Positions 1 to 14,906 of a stretch of 64,000 nucleotides of DNA are shown in pieces. The notes under the pieces were generated by a model. That model had not been told where the DNA came from. It was given only the letters and a program-made list of their open reading frames with translations, and searched no databases. The translations under genes and the position numbers were made by a program. The stretch lies in the NCBI GenBank assembly GCA_951406725.2, contig OX597831.1, positions 21,886,001 to 21,950,000 on the forward strand, given 5' to 3'. The DNA comes from Octopus vulgaris. Lineage: Eukaryota. Within the stretch, counting starts at the first letter, position 1. Each line of letters starts with the position of its first letter.

Positions 1-115
1 AAGAAAGCGCTTTGCTCGATACTGTAAACCACCTTTCTTTCCTTCTCTGAGCGTCTGCTGATATATTACATGTAACACGTCCTCGCGTTTCTGTTTTTTG
101 TGTTTGTTCTTCGTG
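1..115 (+). mobile_element. Partial copy of short dispersed element 'Y' (same family as 20295-20487)
   Basis: Shares gctcga..taaacc..ctgagcgtc..cacgtcctcgcgtt with the reverse complement of 20300-20430; followed by (TA)n/(TG)n. Confidence 0.6.
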
Positions 116-139
116 TTATATATATATATATGTGTGTGT

Positions 140-179
<40 letters not shown>

Positions 180-180
180 T

Positions 181-545
181 GGAGGCGCAATGGCCCAGTG
201 GCTTGGGCAGCGGACTTGCGGTCGTAGAATCGCGGTTTCGATCGTGTGTGTTTATTGACCGAAAACACCTAAAGCTCCACAAGGCTCCTGTAGGAAGCGT
301 TGCGAACCCTGCTGTGCTCTTTTACCACAACTATCTCTCACTCTCTCTTCCTGTTTCTGTTGTACTTGTATATCAAAAGAGTCAGAATTGTCACACTCTG
401 TGTCACGCTGAAACTTCCTGAGAACTACATTAAGGGTACAAGTGTCTGTGGAGTGCTCAGCCACTTGCATGTTAATTTCACGAGCAGGCTGTTCCGTTGA
501 TTGGATCAACTAGAACCCTCGTCGTCGCAACCGACGGCGAACCAC
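181..545 (+). mobile_element. tRNA-derived SINE family 3
   Basis: Head ggcgcaatggcccagtgg..gggcagcggact..ggtttcgatc with A/B-box-like motifs; gtgtttattgagcgaaaacacctaaagctcc block shared with 1457-1740 and 60867-61140. Confidence 0.75.
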
Positions 546-828
546 GATATATATATATATACATATATACACACACCTCACACATATGTGTATATATTAT
601 CGACCGCACATACTCAACGTATGTGTTTTATATTGTATTTTCACTGGTTCGATGCCAGATAGTGCTTGGGGGTCAACTCGCCTGTCAATGAGTTTCAGAT
701 GTTTTAATACCCAACATTATGAGGGAATCTTCCCCTATAATCTATTCTGCAGCAAACCCACGAACAAAGAAAGCACATACGTTGAGTATGTATTTTTACA
801 ACGCTAACGGTACTTTAATTCGTCAGTG

Positions 829-915
<87 letters not shown>

Positions 916-1456
916 TAGACGTTTGTTGTCCACAAGTTAAGTATGAAATTTTTACTGAAGTTTTTCTATAAGTGTTAAGAGGTACTTGTTGCAGGAAGGA
1001 GAAGAGAAAATAAATATTTCCGAAGAGTGTGCACTTTGTAGTAAGATGACGGAATCCTACATTGCAGAGCTGAATTAGGGCCCTGAATACAAATATTTGA
1101 TACTGGCTGGACCTATGTGATTTCCATTCCTTTACTTATTTATTTTTTTTGTACCTTTCTCAATATCAACTGGAATGTTTTCGTCACCCGACAAAGCTGT
1201 GAAGCAGATGATGTAACCAGTATCGAAGTAATGCTGATAATGTGCGCAACTCACATGCACACACACTCTTGGGAAAATACATAGAAACACGTACATATCG
1301 CATACGTAAATAAATATACGTGTCGACCCACCTACATACAAACATACACGTCATACGCCTACACAAACACAGAGACAGATATGTACATCCAACAAATACA
1401 CACACACACACACACACACACATACATATTATTTACGTATGCGCATGTATATGTTT

Positions 1457-1740
1457 GGAGGCACATGGCCTAGTGGTTAGAGCAGCGGACTCGCGGTCGA
1501 GGGATCGCGGGTTCGAATCTCAGCCCGGGCGACGTGTGTGTTTATGAGCAAAACACCTATGCTCCGCGCGGCTCAAGCAGAAGGTAGTGGCACACTTCAG
1601 CTGACTCTTTCGCCACAACCTTCTCTCACTCTTTCCTCGTGCATCTTGCAGCTCACCTGCGATGGACGGGGAACCTATACGCCAATGAAACCGGGAAACC
1701 GGCTCATCATAAGACAGGCATGGCTTGAGAAGGAACAAAC
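1457..1740 (+). mobile_element. tRNA-derived SINE family 3
   Basis: tggcctagtggttagagcagcggac (A box), ggttcgaatctc (B box); body homologous to 181-545 and 60867-61140. Confidence 0.8.
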
Positions 1741-1969
1741 AATATATATGTTTATATATATGAAACCTCAGAAAAACTCAAAGATATACATATATCGCGC
1801 CCCCGTCCACGACCGCATGCATGACTGAGAGTGTTAGTGTGTGTGCGTGCATGTGTGATTGCGTACTTGTGTGCATATATGTGTATGTGTGTATATACGT
1901 GATAATTCTTCTTAGTTTCTGACACAGAACCAATAGTCCCCCAGAACCAGTAGTCCCCCGGTTCAAATT

Positions 1970-2295
1970 ATTTTATCGACTTCGAAAGGATGAATAGTAA
2001 AGAGGACCTCGGCAGAATTTGAACTCAGAACGTAAAGACTGACAATCACCCGCGAAGCCTTTTGTCGGCAATGGTAACGATTCTGGCAGCTTGCCGCCCC
2101 ACAAGGCCTAATATTTTGTAGAGAAGACCCGGTGGATACATTGATCCTAGTACTTAATTGGTACTTATTTTATCGACCTCTATAGGAAGAAAGGCAAAGT
2201 CAACCTCTCTGCATTCGAACTCGGAACGCACAGTCCGACGAAATGCCGTTAAACATTTTCTCTGGCGCTCTAACTATCCTACTGGATCGCCAGCT
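1970..2295 (-). mobile_element. Two tandem decayed copies of SINE family 2
   Basis: ttttatcgac..gaaaggatgaa..gacctcggcagaatttgaactcagaacg blocks, also seen at 45029-45260 and 54148-54372. Confidence 0.7.
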
Positions 2296-3084
2296 TGTAT
2301 ACATCGTAACTCTTTATAGAAAAAGCAGAGGTCCTGAACGTTCGTGGGGCCTGCTAGTCGATTTCATGGTCCCCAGTACTTCGCTGATATTTATTTTATA
2401 TACCTAGCACACCAGCACCTATACACACAAACAGCTATATATAAACACACACATACGTATAAACATTCATACATACATAAATACATACATATAACCATAC
2501 ACACATACTTACACAGACACACATATATATATATACATACGTTCATCCAAACATACACACACACACACATACATACATGCATACATACATAACTACATCA
2601 TACACATACATATACATTGATGCATATATACACGTTTGTGGATTGAACGAGACAAGACTGAACGTAACAGATGCATCCACATACATGCACGCATAAAATA
2701 ACAATGCATGCAAACATGCATATATACACCAAATGCGATACATACAAAAATGCATGCACACATACACACACAGAAACAGACATACATATATACACACATA
2801 CATATTTATGGATAAAAAGATACATGCATATATACATCCATATGGAGCGAATTGAGCAAGACGGAAAGTAAGTGAAGGCGATATAGTTTAATATGGCTAA
2901 AAGATTCGCTCGCACTTCACACTAATGTAATTATGTTTACAAGTGTAAGTGCAATGTAATGTGGTGCATACGTGATGCAGTGCAGTGCAGTGCAATAAAG
3001 TTCAGTGACTTGCATTGTACTGTGCTCCGTCGATGTCTGGCTCTCAGACAAGAGCACAACACCAAGCAAGTGGACGTAGACGAC

Positions 3085-3151
3085 ATATATACACACACAT
3101 ATATATATATATATATATAATATATATATATATACATATATATATACATAC

Positions 3152-3202
<51 letters not shown>

Positions 3203-3280
3203 TAAGTATATTCAGATTAGTACATATATATATATACACATATACATATAGATATGGATATATAGGTATATGTAAGTATG

Positions 3281-3335
<55 letters not shown>

Positions 3336-3418
3336 GCATATATATGTATGTAAGCATATATATGTATGTATATATATCTATATATATATGTATATATGTG
3401 TGTATATATATATATGTA

Positions 3419-3477
<59 letters not shown>

Positions 3478-3541
3478 GTATATATATGTATATATATATA
3501 TGTATATATATATATACATATATATATACATATATATATAC

Positions 3542-3608
<67 letters not shown>

Positions 3609-3860
3609 TATATATATCTATATATATCTATCTATATATATATATATATATATATATATCGGAATGTGGATAAAAGCCAGACATTTGGCTAATAGACAAG
3701 TTAGAGGTTAATTCGGGGGTTATTGTTGCTGCTGCTGTTGCTGCTGCTGACGCTGTTACTGTTGTTGGTGGTGGTGCTGGCGGTGGTAGTGGTACTAATG
3801 ATGATGGTGGTGGTGATGATGATGATGATGATGATGATGGTGATATTGCTATTGTTGTTG
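3085..3860. repeat. Compound (TA)n/(TATG)n tract followed by (GAT/GCT/GGT)n trinucleotide tract
   Basis: Directly visible; source of the YI-rich and poly-L/M pseudo-ORFs. Confidence 0.95.
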
Positions 3861-4441
3861 CACACTGGCTTATTTGGCATAACTACTAGAGTTTCGTGTC
3901 CAACGCCCAACCAGCATATGAGTTGCCATAACTTCTTCAAAATATGAATATTTTTTTAAATAAATAAAACTTTGCGACGACACATTTTCGAGTGTTTAGC
4001 TTAACATGACTTCAATAACATTTTAGAAAAGCAAAAAACAATTTATAAGGGATTGTTCCTATGTTTGATATCAATTTCTTCCCCTTCTATTCGAATTTCT
4101 TTCCTCATATAATCCTTTAAAATGACTTGTATTTAAAAGAAATTTTGTTGAAGGTACGCATTGAATGACTGTATATTCTATAATGGTGTTGTTTCAAATA
4201 CATGAAGCTGAAAGCAAACTAAAAAAACGTAATTTACGGAGACTATTGTTAAGAAAAACCGGGTGGAACGGAAGGCAAAACGATCAAAATTTCTACAGAT
4301 AACATTTACGCTAAATTTTACCAACACACACATATATGTATGTATATGTATATGTACACACACACATACGTATATATTTTATACATACACACATATGCAT
4401 ACATTATACATGCACACATATACATATGCATACATTATACA

Positions 4442-4575
<134 letters not shown>

Positions 4576-4579
4576 TTAT

Positions 4580-4768
4580 ATGGGGAGAATTCATGGAAAA
4601 ACAAAAGACGAAGACAGGTGGTGTAGACAACAAACAGATGTATTAGTTTAACGCTCGGGAAGTGAAAAAGTCTTCAACGTTTCGAGCCTACGTTCTTCCA
4701 CAGAAAGGAACACAGAAAGAAACAAGGGGAGAAAATAAAGAATGTGTAGTGGCTAGCGACCTATCATA
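4580..4768 (-). mobile_element. Short dispersed element 'X' with minimal hammerhead-like motif (4672-4707)
   Basis: Homologous to 20500-20695 and to 21450-21607 (opposite strand); embedded in (TA)n. Confidence 0.7.
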
Positions 4769-4788
4769 TATTATATATTATATATCTG

Positions 4789-4949
4789 CAGGCGTGGCCG
4801 ATTGGTAAGAAGTTTGTTTTCCAGCCATATGGGTCCGAGTTTACTCACGCTCTGTGGCACCTTGGACATGTGTCTTCTACTGTAGCTTCAAGGCCGACGA
4901 AAGCCATGTGTGTAGATTTTGGTAGACGGAAATTGAAAGAGCCTATCGG

Positions 4950-5030
<81 letters not shown>

Positions 5031-5270
5031 TGTATGTGTGCGTGTGTGTGTGTGTGTGTGTGCGTGCGTGCGTGTGTGTGTTTGTGTGTGTGTGTGTGTC
5101 TGTGTGTGTGCATGTTTGCGTGACTCTGTCTCTCACCATCGCTTGACAACTGATGTTGGTGTGCTTACGTAGCCGTAACTAAGCGGTTTGGCAAAATACA
5201 CCGATAGAATAAGTACTATGCTTACAATGAATAAGTTCTAGGGTCGATTTCTTCGACTAAAAACGCTTTA
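4789..5270 (+). mobile_element. tRNA-derived SINE family 1 with internal (TG)n
   Basis: Head ggcgtggccgattggtaag, CORE-like caccttggacatgtgtctt, internal TG tract, accgatagaataagtac block. Confidence 0.8.
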
Positions 5271-6012
5271 AGACAATTTCAAATTTTGGCGCAAGGCCTG
5301 CAAAACTTCAGGGATGGGGTACTTATATCATAGACCCTGAGATATCGGCGAAATTCGAACCAGGAACGCGAAGAGCTGGGAAATATACTTCTAAATATTT
5401 TATCTGACTCGCTAAAGATTCTGTCAGCTCGTTGCCTTAACATTAGTGGATAATAACATGAGATGTGTGTGTGCTTGTGTGTGTGTGTGTGGGGGTGCAT
5501 ATACGCGCGCGCACAAACAGACACACACATGGATATGTCTATGGATGTATAGGTCTGTGGGTACTCGTGTGGGTGGTAAGAATAAAAACCCCACCTCACC
5601 CAGCTCGAATGTGTTTGTTTGTGTTTCTTATATATGTGGATAAATATTTGCATATCGTATACTAGTTACAAGTTTTGGCACAAGGCCAGCAATTTCGGGT
5701 CCCAGTGTTCAACTAGTGCTTTTTTCACCGACCCTGATGAAGTACGTACCCGTTAAAAAGCATTGACACCCACCTCCCTGGTGACGCAGTACAACAGCGT
5801 TCATGAATAATGCGTTTGCATTGGAGTAATTATTTTATCGCCACTGAATAAATGAAAAACAAAGTCAACCTTCGCGGAATTTGAACTCAGAACGTAAAGA
5901 CGGACGGAGCAATGCAAATCATTCTGCTCGGCGCGGTAACGAATCGACTAGATATGTTTCGACCAAAGATTGGTCCAGGCTATGTCTAACATAATAACAC
6001 CACCTGATAGGT

Positions 6013-6362
6013 TTATCTAAATCCTTTCAAAGTCAAGTTTTGTGGTATTATGGTCCATTCAAGTAGTGCGTTCTTGATGAATGAGTTGCAGCCAGGTATA
6101 GGTGGCTTATCTGGTATTCCTTGAAGAAATTTGTCCGGACTCCATTTAACGATGATGGGATCTTTTCCCTCTTTGATCAGTTTTGGGACAATGTTAAACA
6201 GAGCAGGGCCTGTTGAGCAAAAGAAATTGTGTCGCATTGTACCTATATGTTGTGATCCTGAATTGGGAAGGGGACGTATGGCCCGCGGTTACAGCCTTGG
6301 ATGAACCTTGAAGCTAATGTTCAGGTCGTTTGGGCAATGCTGGCGGTATATTCTCCAAACCG
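6013..6362 (-). pseudogene. CR1/L2-group non-LTR retrotransposon 3' end (ORF2 C-terminus)
   Basis: ...GPALFNIVPKLIK...DKFLQGIPDKPPIPG...NALLEW resembles the C-terminal region of invertebrate CR1-group ORF2; in-frame stop upstream. Confidence 0.7.
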
Positions 6363-6396
6363 TGCTATATATGTATATATATATATATATATATAT

Positions 6397-6649
6397 TAAT
6401 AAATAAAACATATGCATATATATAAACATATATGTACGTACCTACCTCTACATGTACTTATACACGCATATATTGAGTACAGGACACCAAAAAGACGTCG
6501 AACACAATGAGAAACGAAACCATAGACACAAACCCAAGGAACTGGACATTTTTTTAAACAACAAAAAAATAGAGTACAGGACAATTAACACAAAGAAAAA
6601 ACCCCTTCTTCAGTCGCTATGGTTTCATCTACTCTACATTTCGAAGGTG

Positions 6650-6650
<1 letters not shown>
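6397..6650 (-). mobile_element. Dispersed ~250-300 bp element 'Z' (probable PLE pseudo-LTR-like repeat)
   Basis: catatatgtacgtacctacctctacatgt..acaggacaccaaaaagacgtcgaacac..ccccttcttcagtcgct..tttcgaagg; homologues at 17035-17290, 25425-25530, 32545-32842, 33421-33718, 34070-34378, 48860-49190; strand assignment tentative. Confidence 0.65.
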
Positions 6651-6707
<57 letters not shown>

Positions 6708-6959
6708 ATATTCGTTTAGATCACTTGGCATCTAAACGAATATGCTCGCTGGATAAGTACTGTAGCTGGTCGATAATTAGATTCCAAGATTACAACTAAG
6801 GCCGGGTCTAGGGATCTGTGTTAGGGTTCCGTTATAGTATGTATGTATTATATTAGAGGAAAAATGAAAAACCAAGGCAGAACGAGTAACTCAAATCATT
6901 TATTCTAAATGACTTGGGATACTCGTTCTGCCTCGGTTTTGATTTTCCCACTATTCTTT

Positions 6960-7215
6960 TATTCTTTTACTCGTTTACTTGTTTCAGTCATTTGACTGCG
7001 GCCATGCTGGAGCACCGCCTTTAGTCGAGCAAATCAACCCCCAGGACTTATTCCTTGTAAGTCTAGTGCTTATTCTATCGGTCTATTTTGCAGAACCGCT
7101 AAGTTACGGGGACGTAAACACACCAGCATCGGTTGTCAAGCGATGTTGGGTGGACAAACACAGACACACAAACACATGCACACACGCACATACACACATA
7201 CACACACACACACAC

Positions 7216-7269
<54 letters not shown>

Positions 7270-7325
7270 TACGACGGGCTTCAATCAGTTTCCGTCTACC
7301 AAATCCACTCACAAGGCTTTGGTCT
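6960..7325 (-). mobile_element. SINE family 1, 5'-truncated
   Basis: tttcagtcatttgactgcggccatgctggagcaccgcctttagtcgagcaaatc...ccgtctaccaaatccactcacaaggctttgg. Confidence 0.85.
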
Positions 7326-7331
7326 TTCTTG

Positions 7332-7369
<38 letters not shown>

Positions 7370-8056
7370 AGGGACCTATGTATGTATGAAATGGGTGGTT
7401 GGTTGAATGGATGGATGAACTGACGGAAGGCAGGAGCGAGGAATAAATATGTGTATATGAATAATTATAAATTTCCCCAGTAATCATTTCCCAAGTGAAG
7501 GGCTCTAATGAATTCACAGACCATTAGTTTTTCAAAGTTCACTGGTCTTTCATAGACTCTCTCTTCCATTCCATTTCTCTTTGATATCATCACACCCCGA
7601 TAAACTAATAATTGATCGATGACCAATACAGTGGGTGAATTTGAACATGGATCTCAATAATTTAGAACATCTATACCATAGAACCATCTTGTCAGTCTCC
7701 CTAAGAATTCAGCCAGTTCTCCCACACCTTGTAATTAGATTTAGTTAGGAATCATCGCAAAACATTATTCCTGATTTATTTACGTGGCCAGGAGTTTTAA
7801 AGAATAGGGGTTGATCGATAAGTACTTGGCTGGTACTTACGAGGGTGAGCCAGAAAGTAATGCTAATGATAATTACATCAGGTTTATGACTCATTCTTGT
7901 ATTTTATCGATCTCCTGCTTCCGAATGGATGAAAGGCCACGTCGACCTTGGCAGCATCTGGACACCGAATGTAAAGACGTAAAAGAAAACAAACACAAAA
8001 ATTGAGTGGGCGGGGTGCTCTAATGATTCTGCCAGGCCATCACCCTGAATAAAATT

Positions 8057-8097
<41 letters not shown>

Positions 8098-8136
8098 AAT
8101 GCTGATGATGATGATGATAATGCTGATGATGATGAT

Positions 8137-8167
<31 letters not shown>

Positions 8168-8449
8168 TTGTTTTTGTTGTTGTTGTTGTTGTTAAGCAAC
8201 AAGACGGGTAAGGGTGGTTAGGTGATGGTCTAGGGCTTAGGGGTGGGATACCCCAGACCTTGGGAAAAATAAAAACTTTGGTCGTCTTGTTGTAGTCGAG
8301 GGCTCTTCGTTGACGCCCGACACCACTGGGAGGTGGCCTTCGAAGTCGCTGGAAATGGAGATCTCCAGGTCCAAATTCTTGAACGGCTGCTGCTGCTGCT
8401 GAAGATGATGATGATGATGATGATGATGATGAAGATGATGACGATAATC

Positions 8450-8845
8450 CTTTCTGCTAATGGCACAAGGCCTGAAATTTTGGGGGAGGAGAATAGTCAA
8501 TTACATTGACCCCCAATAATCAACTGGTATTTATTCTATCGACCCCCGAAAGGATGAAAAGCGAACTCAACCTCGACAGAGTTTTGGACTCAGAACGTGA
8601 TGACGGACGAAATGCTGCCAAGCATTGTCAATTATAATAATAGTAATTTTGGCACAAGGCCAGCAATTTCCAGCCAGTGAGTAAATCGATTATATCAATC
8701 CCAATATTCAGTCGGTACTTATTTTACCGACACACGAAAGAATGAAAGGCAAAGTCGACTTCAGCGGAATTTGGGCTCATAAAGACGGACGAAATGCCTC
8801 TAAGCAAGTTGTCCGGCTTGCTAACGATCCTGTCACCCCGCCTAA
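8450..8845 (-). mobile_element. Two tandem copies of SINE family 2
   Basis: ggcacaaggcc..gaaaggatgaaa..aaagtcgac..gacggacgaaatgc blocks occur twice. Confidence 0.7.
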
Positions 8846-9407
8846 ATAATAGTAATAATGATGATGATGAAGATGATGATGATGATGATGATGATGATGA
8901 GGATGATGAGGAGGATGATGAGGATGATGACAATAGTGGTTTCTGATCTAAGCATAAGGAAAGGAATTTTGAGGGCCGCAGGTTAACCAAAACAATATCT
9001 GCCTGGTACTTTATCGACGCTGGAAGGTAAAGTTGACCACGGCAGGATTTGAACTCAGAAGAAATAACCTCATCCTCCCCCCATCCCGCGCTCCCTGTAA
9101 AATATTTGCTTTGCTCCAACGATTCTACAACGAGAGGCTCATGAACTCCGAAAAAAAATGCAATTCTGCCATAGGCCAAAGGGGCCTCAAGTTTTGCGGG
9201 AGGTGGGTGCTAGGCGATTACATTGGGCCCCATACTGCTACTTATTCGATCGATCCTGGTGACAGGATGACAGGTGAAGTGAAGCTGGAACGAGTTTGAA
9301 TTTGGCGTTTCTACAGCGGAGATATGGATCCGTGTCAGTTACCTTTTTCTTACGTGCCATTTCGTACAACCCCCTCCACACACACGCTCATGCACACAGA
9401 CACTTAA

Positions 9408-9438
<31 letters not shown>

Positions 9439-9769
9439 CACGAATACATATACACAGATACATACATACACACATAAATATACATACATACATACATACA
9501 TAGATATATATATAAATACATATAATATATATTTATATATAGGTATATATGTATGTCTGTCTAGCTACCTATCAATCTATCTATCTAGCTAGCTAGCTAT
9601 CCATCCGTCTATCTGTCTGTCTGTCTATCTATCTATCTATTTATATATCTATCTATCTATCTATCTATCTCTCTATCTATCTATCTATCTATCTATGATC
9701 TATCTATCTATGATCTGTCTATCTGTCTGTATCCCCCTCTCTCTCTATCCCTCTCTTTATATATATATA

Positions 9770-9800
<31 letters not shown>

Positions 9801-10010
9801 AGATATACACACATATATACAGGGTGCACCAAAAGTCACGCATAAAACCATTTGATTTATTATATTTTATTTTATTTATTTTATCATTTCATCATATGCA
9901 ACCCCCCCGCCCAGACTTTATGTCTGTTTTGTATTGTCCTCCTCATCCTTCTGCCCAGTGACAATTAAATGAAATCATCATAATTATTAATATTAATATT
10001 ATTATTAACA

Positions 10011-10165
10011 TGGCGGCGAGCTGGCAGAATCGTTAGCGAGTCGAACGAAGTGCTTAGAAGGTATTTCGCCCGCTGCTGAGTTCTGAGTTCAAATTCCACC
10101 AAGGTCGAATTATACCTTTCGTCCTTTCGGGTCGATTACATTACTGGGGTCGATGTCGATAGTAG
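10011..10165 (+). mobile_element. SINE family 2
   Basis: ggcggcgagctggcagaatcgttagc..gagttcaaattcc (B box)..cctttcgtcctttcgggtcgat. Confidence 0.8.
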
Positions 10166-10189
10166 AAAGGATAATTATTATTATTATTA

Positions 10190-10355
10190 TTATTATCTTT
10201 GCACAACTTCTAACGCTGGAGGTGTACTACAGTGTCAGCTGTTCATTACCAGTGAACTAAAGTAACACCTTCCGGAGTATTTGAGCAGTTCCAAGCAGTG
10301 CTGTTTTCTGCAATTGCTCCACCCTTATTGCACCCCCTATTTGTTCCATGTACTT
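10190..10355 (-). pseudogene. RLE-type (R4/NeSL-like) LINE 3' end
   Basis: Minus strand reads ..EQLQKTALLGTAQILRKVL*, typical of the C-terminus of restriction-like-endonuclease LINEs; ends in (TAA)n. Confidence 0.65.
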
Positions 10356-10406
10356 CTATTATTATTATTGTTTTTGTTATAATTATTATTATTATTATTA
10401 TTATTA

Positions 10407-10440
<34 letters not shown>

Positions 10441-10441
<1 letters not shown>

Positions 10442-10938
10442 GAGTGAGAGAGCAGTGCATGCCATCAAAGTGGCACTGGGATAAAATATACGAAGCCCAG
10501 TATATCTATCATGACTACATGTCTGATAAGGGTACACCAGGCACATGCATCACAACCATATGTGCGCGACATGGTGATCTCATATCAAGATAAACAGCAC
10601 ATGATCTTGCAGGTGGGGCCCAGTTAGAATTTTCTTCAGGTTGAGTAGCCCATCCCGCTCGAAAGGTCCCTGAATAAGGGTTGTTTAAGGATGTTGAAAG
10701 AACCACCCATGTTTCCAGAGGTGAATTATTCAAACACCAAAGAATCCCTCTCAACACATGGCTATGATGCTCCCCCACTACTTCTGCTCGTGATCAGAGA
10801 TACACATATCGTCAGCCACTAAGGGACATGCTCAACTGGTTATGGTCAAACAACTGACAAGCAAATCTGTGGTATTGAGCAGAATATTTGCCGTAGCCCA
10901 TCTTTTATATTGAGCAGAATATTTGCTGTAGTGCATCT

Positions 10939-10945
<7 letters not shown>
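10441..10945. mobile_element. Unclassified interspersed repeat between (TTA)n tracts
   Basis: Complex sequence flanked on both sides by (TTA)n, with a ~35 bp tandem duplication at 10873-10941. Confidence 0.4.
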
Positions 10946-11003
<58 letters not shown>

Positions 11004-11250
11004 TATGTTTGACTTTTGCTTTATATTTGTACAAGTTGGCTCCAAGTCTCACCCAGAGACCTCAAGAGACAACAGGGTTGGAAGTTCATGTTGTTGTTAT
11101 GCCTAGTGTGCCATATATTTGGGGGGTGGGGATGTTGTACTAATGAATGTCTAAAAAAAAAAAAAAGGTTTTTTTTTTTTTTTTTTTAAACCGAAAATTA
11201 TGTTTGTTTTAAACATAATTTTCGGTTTAAAAAAAAAAAAAAAAAAAAAA

Positions 11251-11306
<56 letters not shown>

Positions 11307-11510
11307 GACGGCGATCTGGAAGAAACGTTATCGCGGGCGAACGAAGTGATTAGCAGTATTTCGCCCATCGCTGCGTTCTGAGTTCAAATTCCACCGAGGT
11401 CGAATTTGATTTTCATTATTTCGTGGTCGATATAATAAGTACATGTTGAACGCAGGTCGACGTAATCGACTCATCGACCTTTCCCAAAAATTTGTAGCAA
11501 AACTTTGACA
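11307..11510 (+). mobile_element. SINE family 2
   Basis: gacggcgatctggaagaaacgtt..gttctgagttcaaattccaccgaggtcga. Confidence 0.75.
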
Positions 11511-11556
11511 CCATAATCATCGTTATTATTATTCATTATATTCACAAGTACCTGTG

Positions 11557-12057
<501 letters not shown>

Positions 12058-12070
12058 TATTCATGATCTT

Positions 12071-12120
<50 letters not shown>

Positions 12121-12619
12121 AAACATATATACTTATACGTATGCACATGTACATATGGCAAGGAAGAGATCACAAGTGAGCGATTCTGAGAAAGAGCGAT
12201 CGATTCTACCTTGAGTAAAGTTCTTCATAGCACGCTACTGCTATCTGCTCAAATGAAAAAGTACCAGATGTTTTTGCTCGTCCTGTAATTTCTATAACTT
12301 CCAAATCTTTGATGTTGCGGGGCTCGTCAAGTGTGGGTCGGCCATGAGATCCGTCTATGCTCGTTACATAAGGAATCGAAGCATGCTACCCAATCTTCCT
12401 TGATACCCGGTGTGGGATATAAATGTGTATGTATATATGTGTGAGCGTTTGTGTGTGTGTGTGTGAGAGAGAGAGAGACACACACACAGAGGCAGAAACA
12501 GAGAAAGAGAGAGTGAATGTGTATGTGTATACATATTCTTTTATTCTTTTATTTGTTTCAGGCATTAGTCGATCAAATAGATCCTAGGACTTATTCTATC
12601 GGTCTCTTTTGCCGAACTG

Positions 12620-13014
12620 CTCTTTTACTCTTTTACTCTTTTACTTGTTTCAGTCATTTGACTGTGGCCATGCTGGAGCACCGCCTTTAGTCGAGCACAT
12701 TGACCCCCAGGACTTATTCTTTGTAAGCCTAGTACTTATTCTATCGGTATATTTTGCCGAACCGCTAAGTTACGAGGACGTAAACACACCAACCTTGGTT
12801 GTCAAGTGATGGTGGGGGGACAAACAGACACACACACACACAAACATATACGATGGGCTTCTTTCTATTTCCGTCTACCAAATGCACTCACGAGGCTTTG
12901 GTTAGCCGGAGACTATAGTAGTAGACACTTGCCCAAGGTGCCACGCAGTGGGACTGAACCCGGAACCATGTGGTTGGGAAGCAAACTTTTTACCACACAG
13001 CCACGCCTGCGCCT
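12620..13014 (-). mobile_element. SINE family 1, full length
   Basis: Same architecture, with (AAAAGAGT)n tail at 12620-12645. Confidence 0.9.
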
Positions 13015-13319
13015 ATGTAATCTAACTCAAAATATATTCGCAAGAAAATTGCAAATATGGCATTAAAAATACATAAGAGCATGGTAACAAACTTGAAATA
13101 AAAATATCATGCATTACTGAAATGTCAAAGGGACTTCTCAAGGATCTTGTGTGCACTTTATGTGTCCGCGTGTAAAATCAAACATACTTATACGTATGTA
13201 TACAGACATACACACTCTTATACACTCATACACAATCATGTACACACATACATTCATTACGTATATTTATGGATACATGTACTAATAATAGATTGATTGA
13301 TGGACAGAGTGATCGATCA

Positions 13320-13880
<561 letters not shown>

Positions 13881-14820
13881 GATTGAGGCTGGAAAACAGA
13901 CGGTACAAAAGTGATATCAACAACAATATAAGTTACAGGATTATCGAGCAACAATATACCACGTTAGGTATATATTACTCAACATTATCGTCAACATCCC
14001 AACATTATCAACAATGCAAACATTATCAATATCAGCAACAATATAAACATTATCAACAACTATATGCAGGTAAACATAATGTAAATAGTTTCCTTACCTT
14101 GTCCGTAGAATTGTGTAGCCTGTATATATATGCATATATATACACCTTTAAGAATGCTTGACAATAAATGCGTGTATATATCAATGTGTATCTGTATTAA
14201 CGTATGACTATGTATATATATTCATATATTGTTATATATGCACGTGTTTATATGAATGTATGTTTGACAGTATACATGTATGTCTATATTTGTGTGTGTA
14301 GATATATTATAGATGTATAATATGTATATATTTATTTATTTAAACTTTAATTAGATATATACATAAATGCAGGAAAGTTTGGGACTTTCGGCATCTTTCT
14401 GTGTACGTGTGACGGTGCGGGTATATATTACTATATACATACACCCACTACACTGTATGTATATTTACATATGTTCACCTAGACGTATAAATGCTTGCAG
14501 TGTGTATGTATATATATAGAGATAGATAGACAGATAAAGCAAAATATATGAGTGCTTGTCTATGTACACATATATATATATATATACACGCAGGTGTGTA
14601 CGAATCTATATTACTTCTCGTTTTATTTATCTACCACAATGCGTACGCATGTGTGCATGTATACATGCATGTATGTATGTATGTATGTATGTATGTATGT
14701 ATGTATGTATGTATGTATGTATGTATGTGTGTGCACGTATGATATGTAATGTGTGTAAATGTATATATATATGAAACTATATTTATAAGATTTGCTTACG
14801 AATGTGTGTATATATAAGTG

Positions 14821-14906
<86 letters not shown>

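Noticed and set aside
1457-1530. tRNA gene
   Set aside because: A/B boxes are present, but there is no complete cloverleaf and it continues into a SINE body.
5950-5990. gacc/ggtc-GAAAC hammerhead half on the minus strand
   Set aside because: The CUGANGA core is missing.
14098-14119. Microexon on the minus strand (cag|22 nt|gtaagg)
   Set aside because: No polypyrimidine tract, length not a multiple of three, and such matches are expected by chance.
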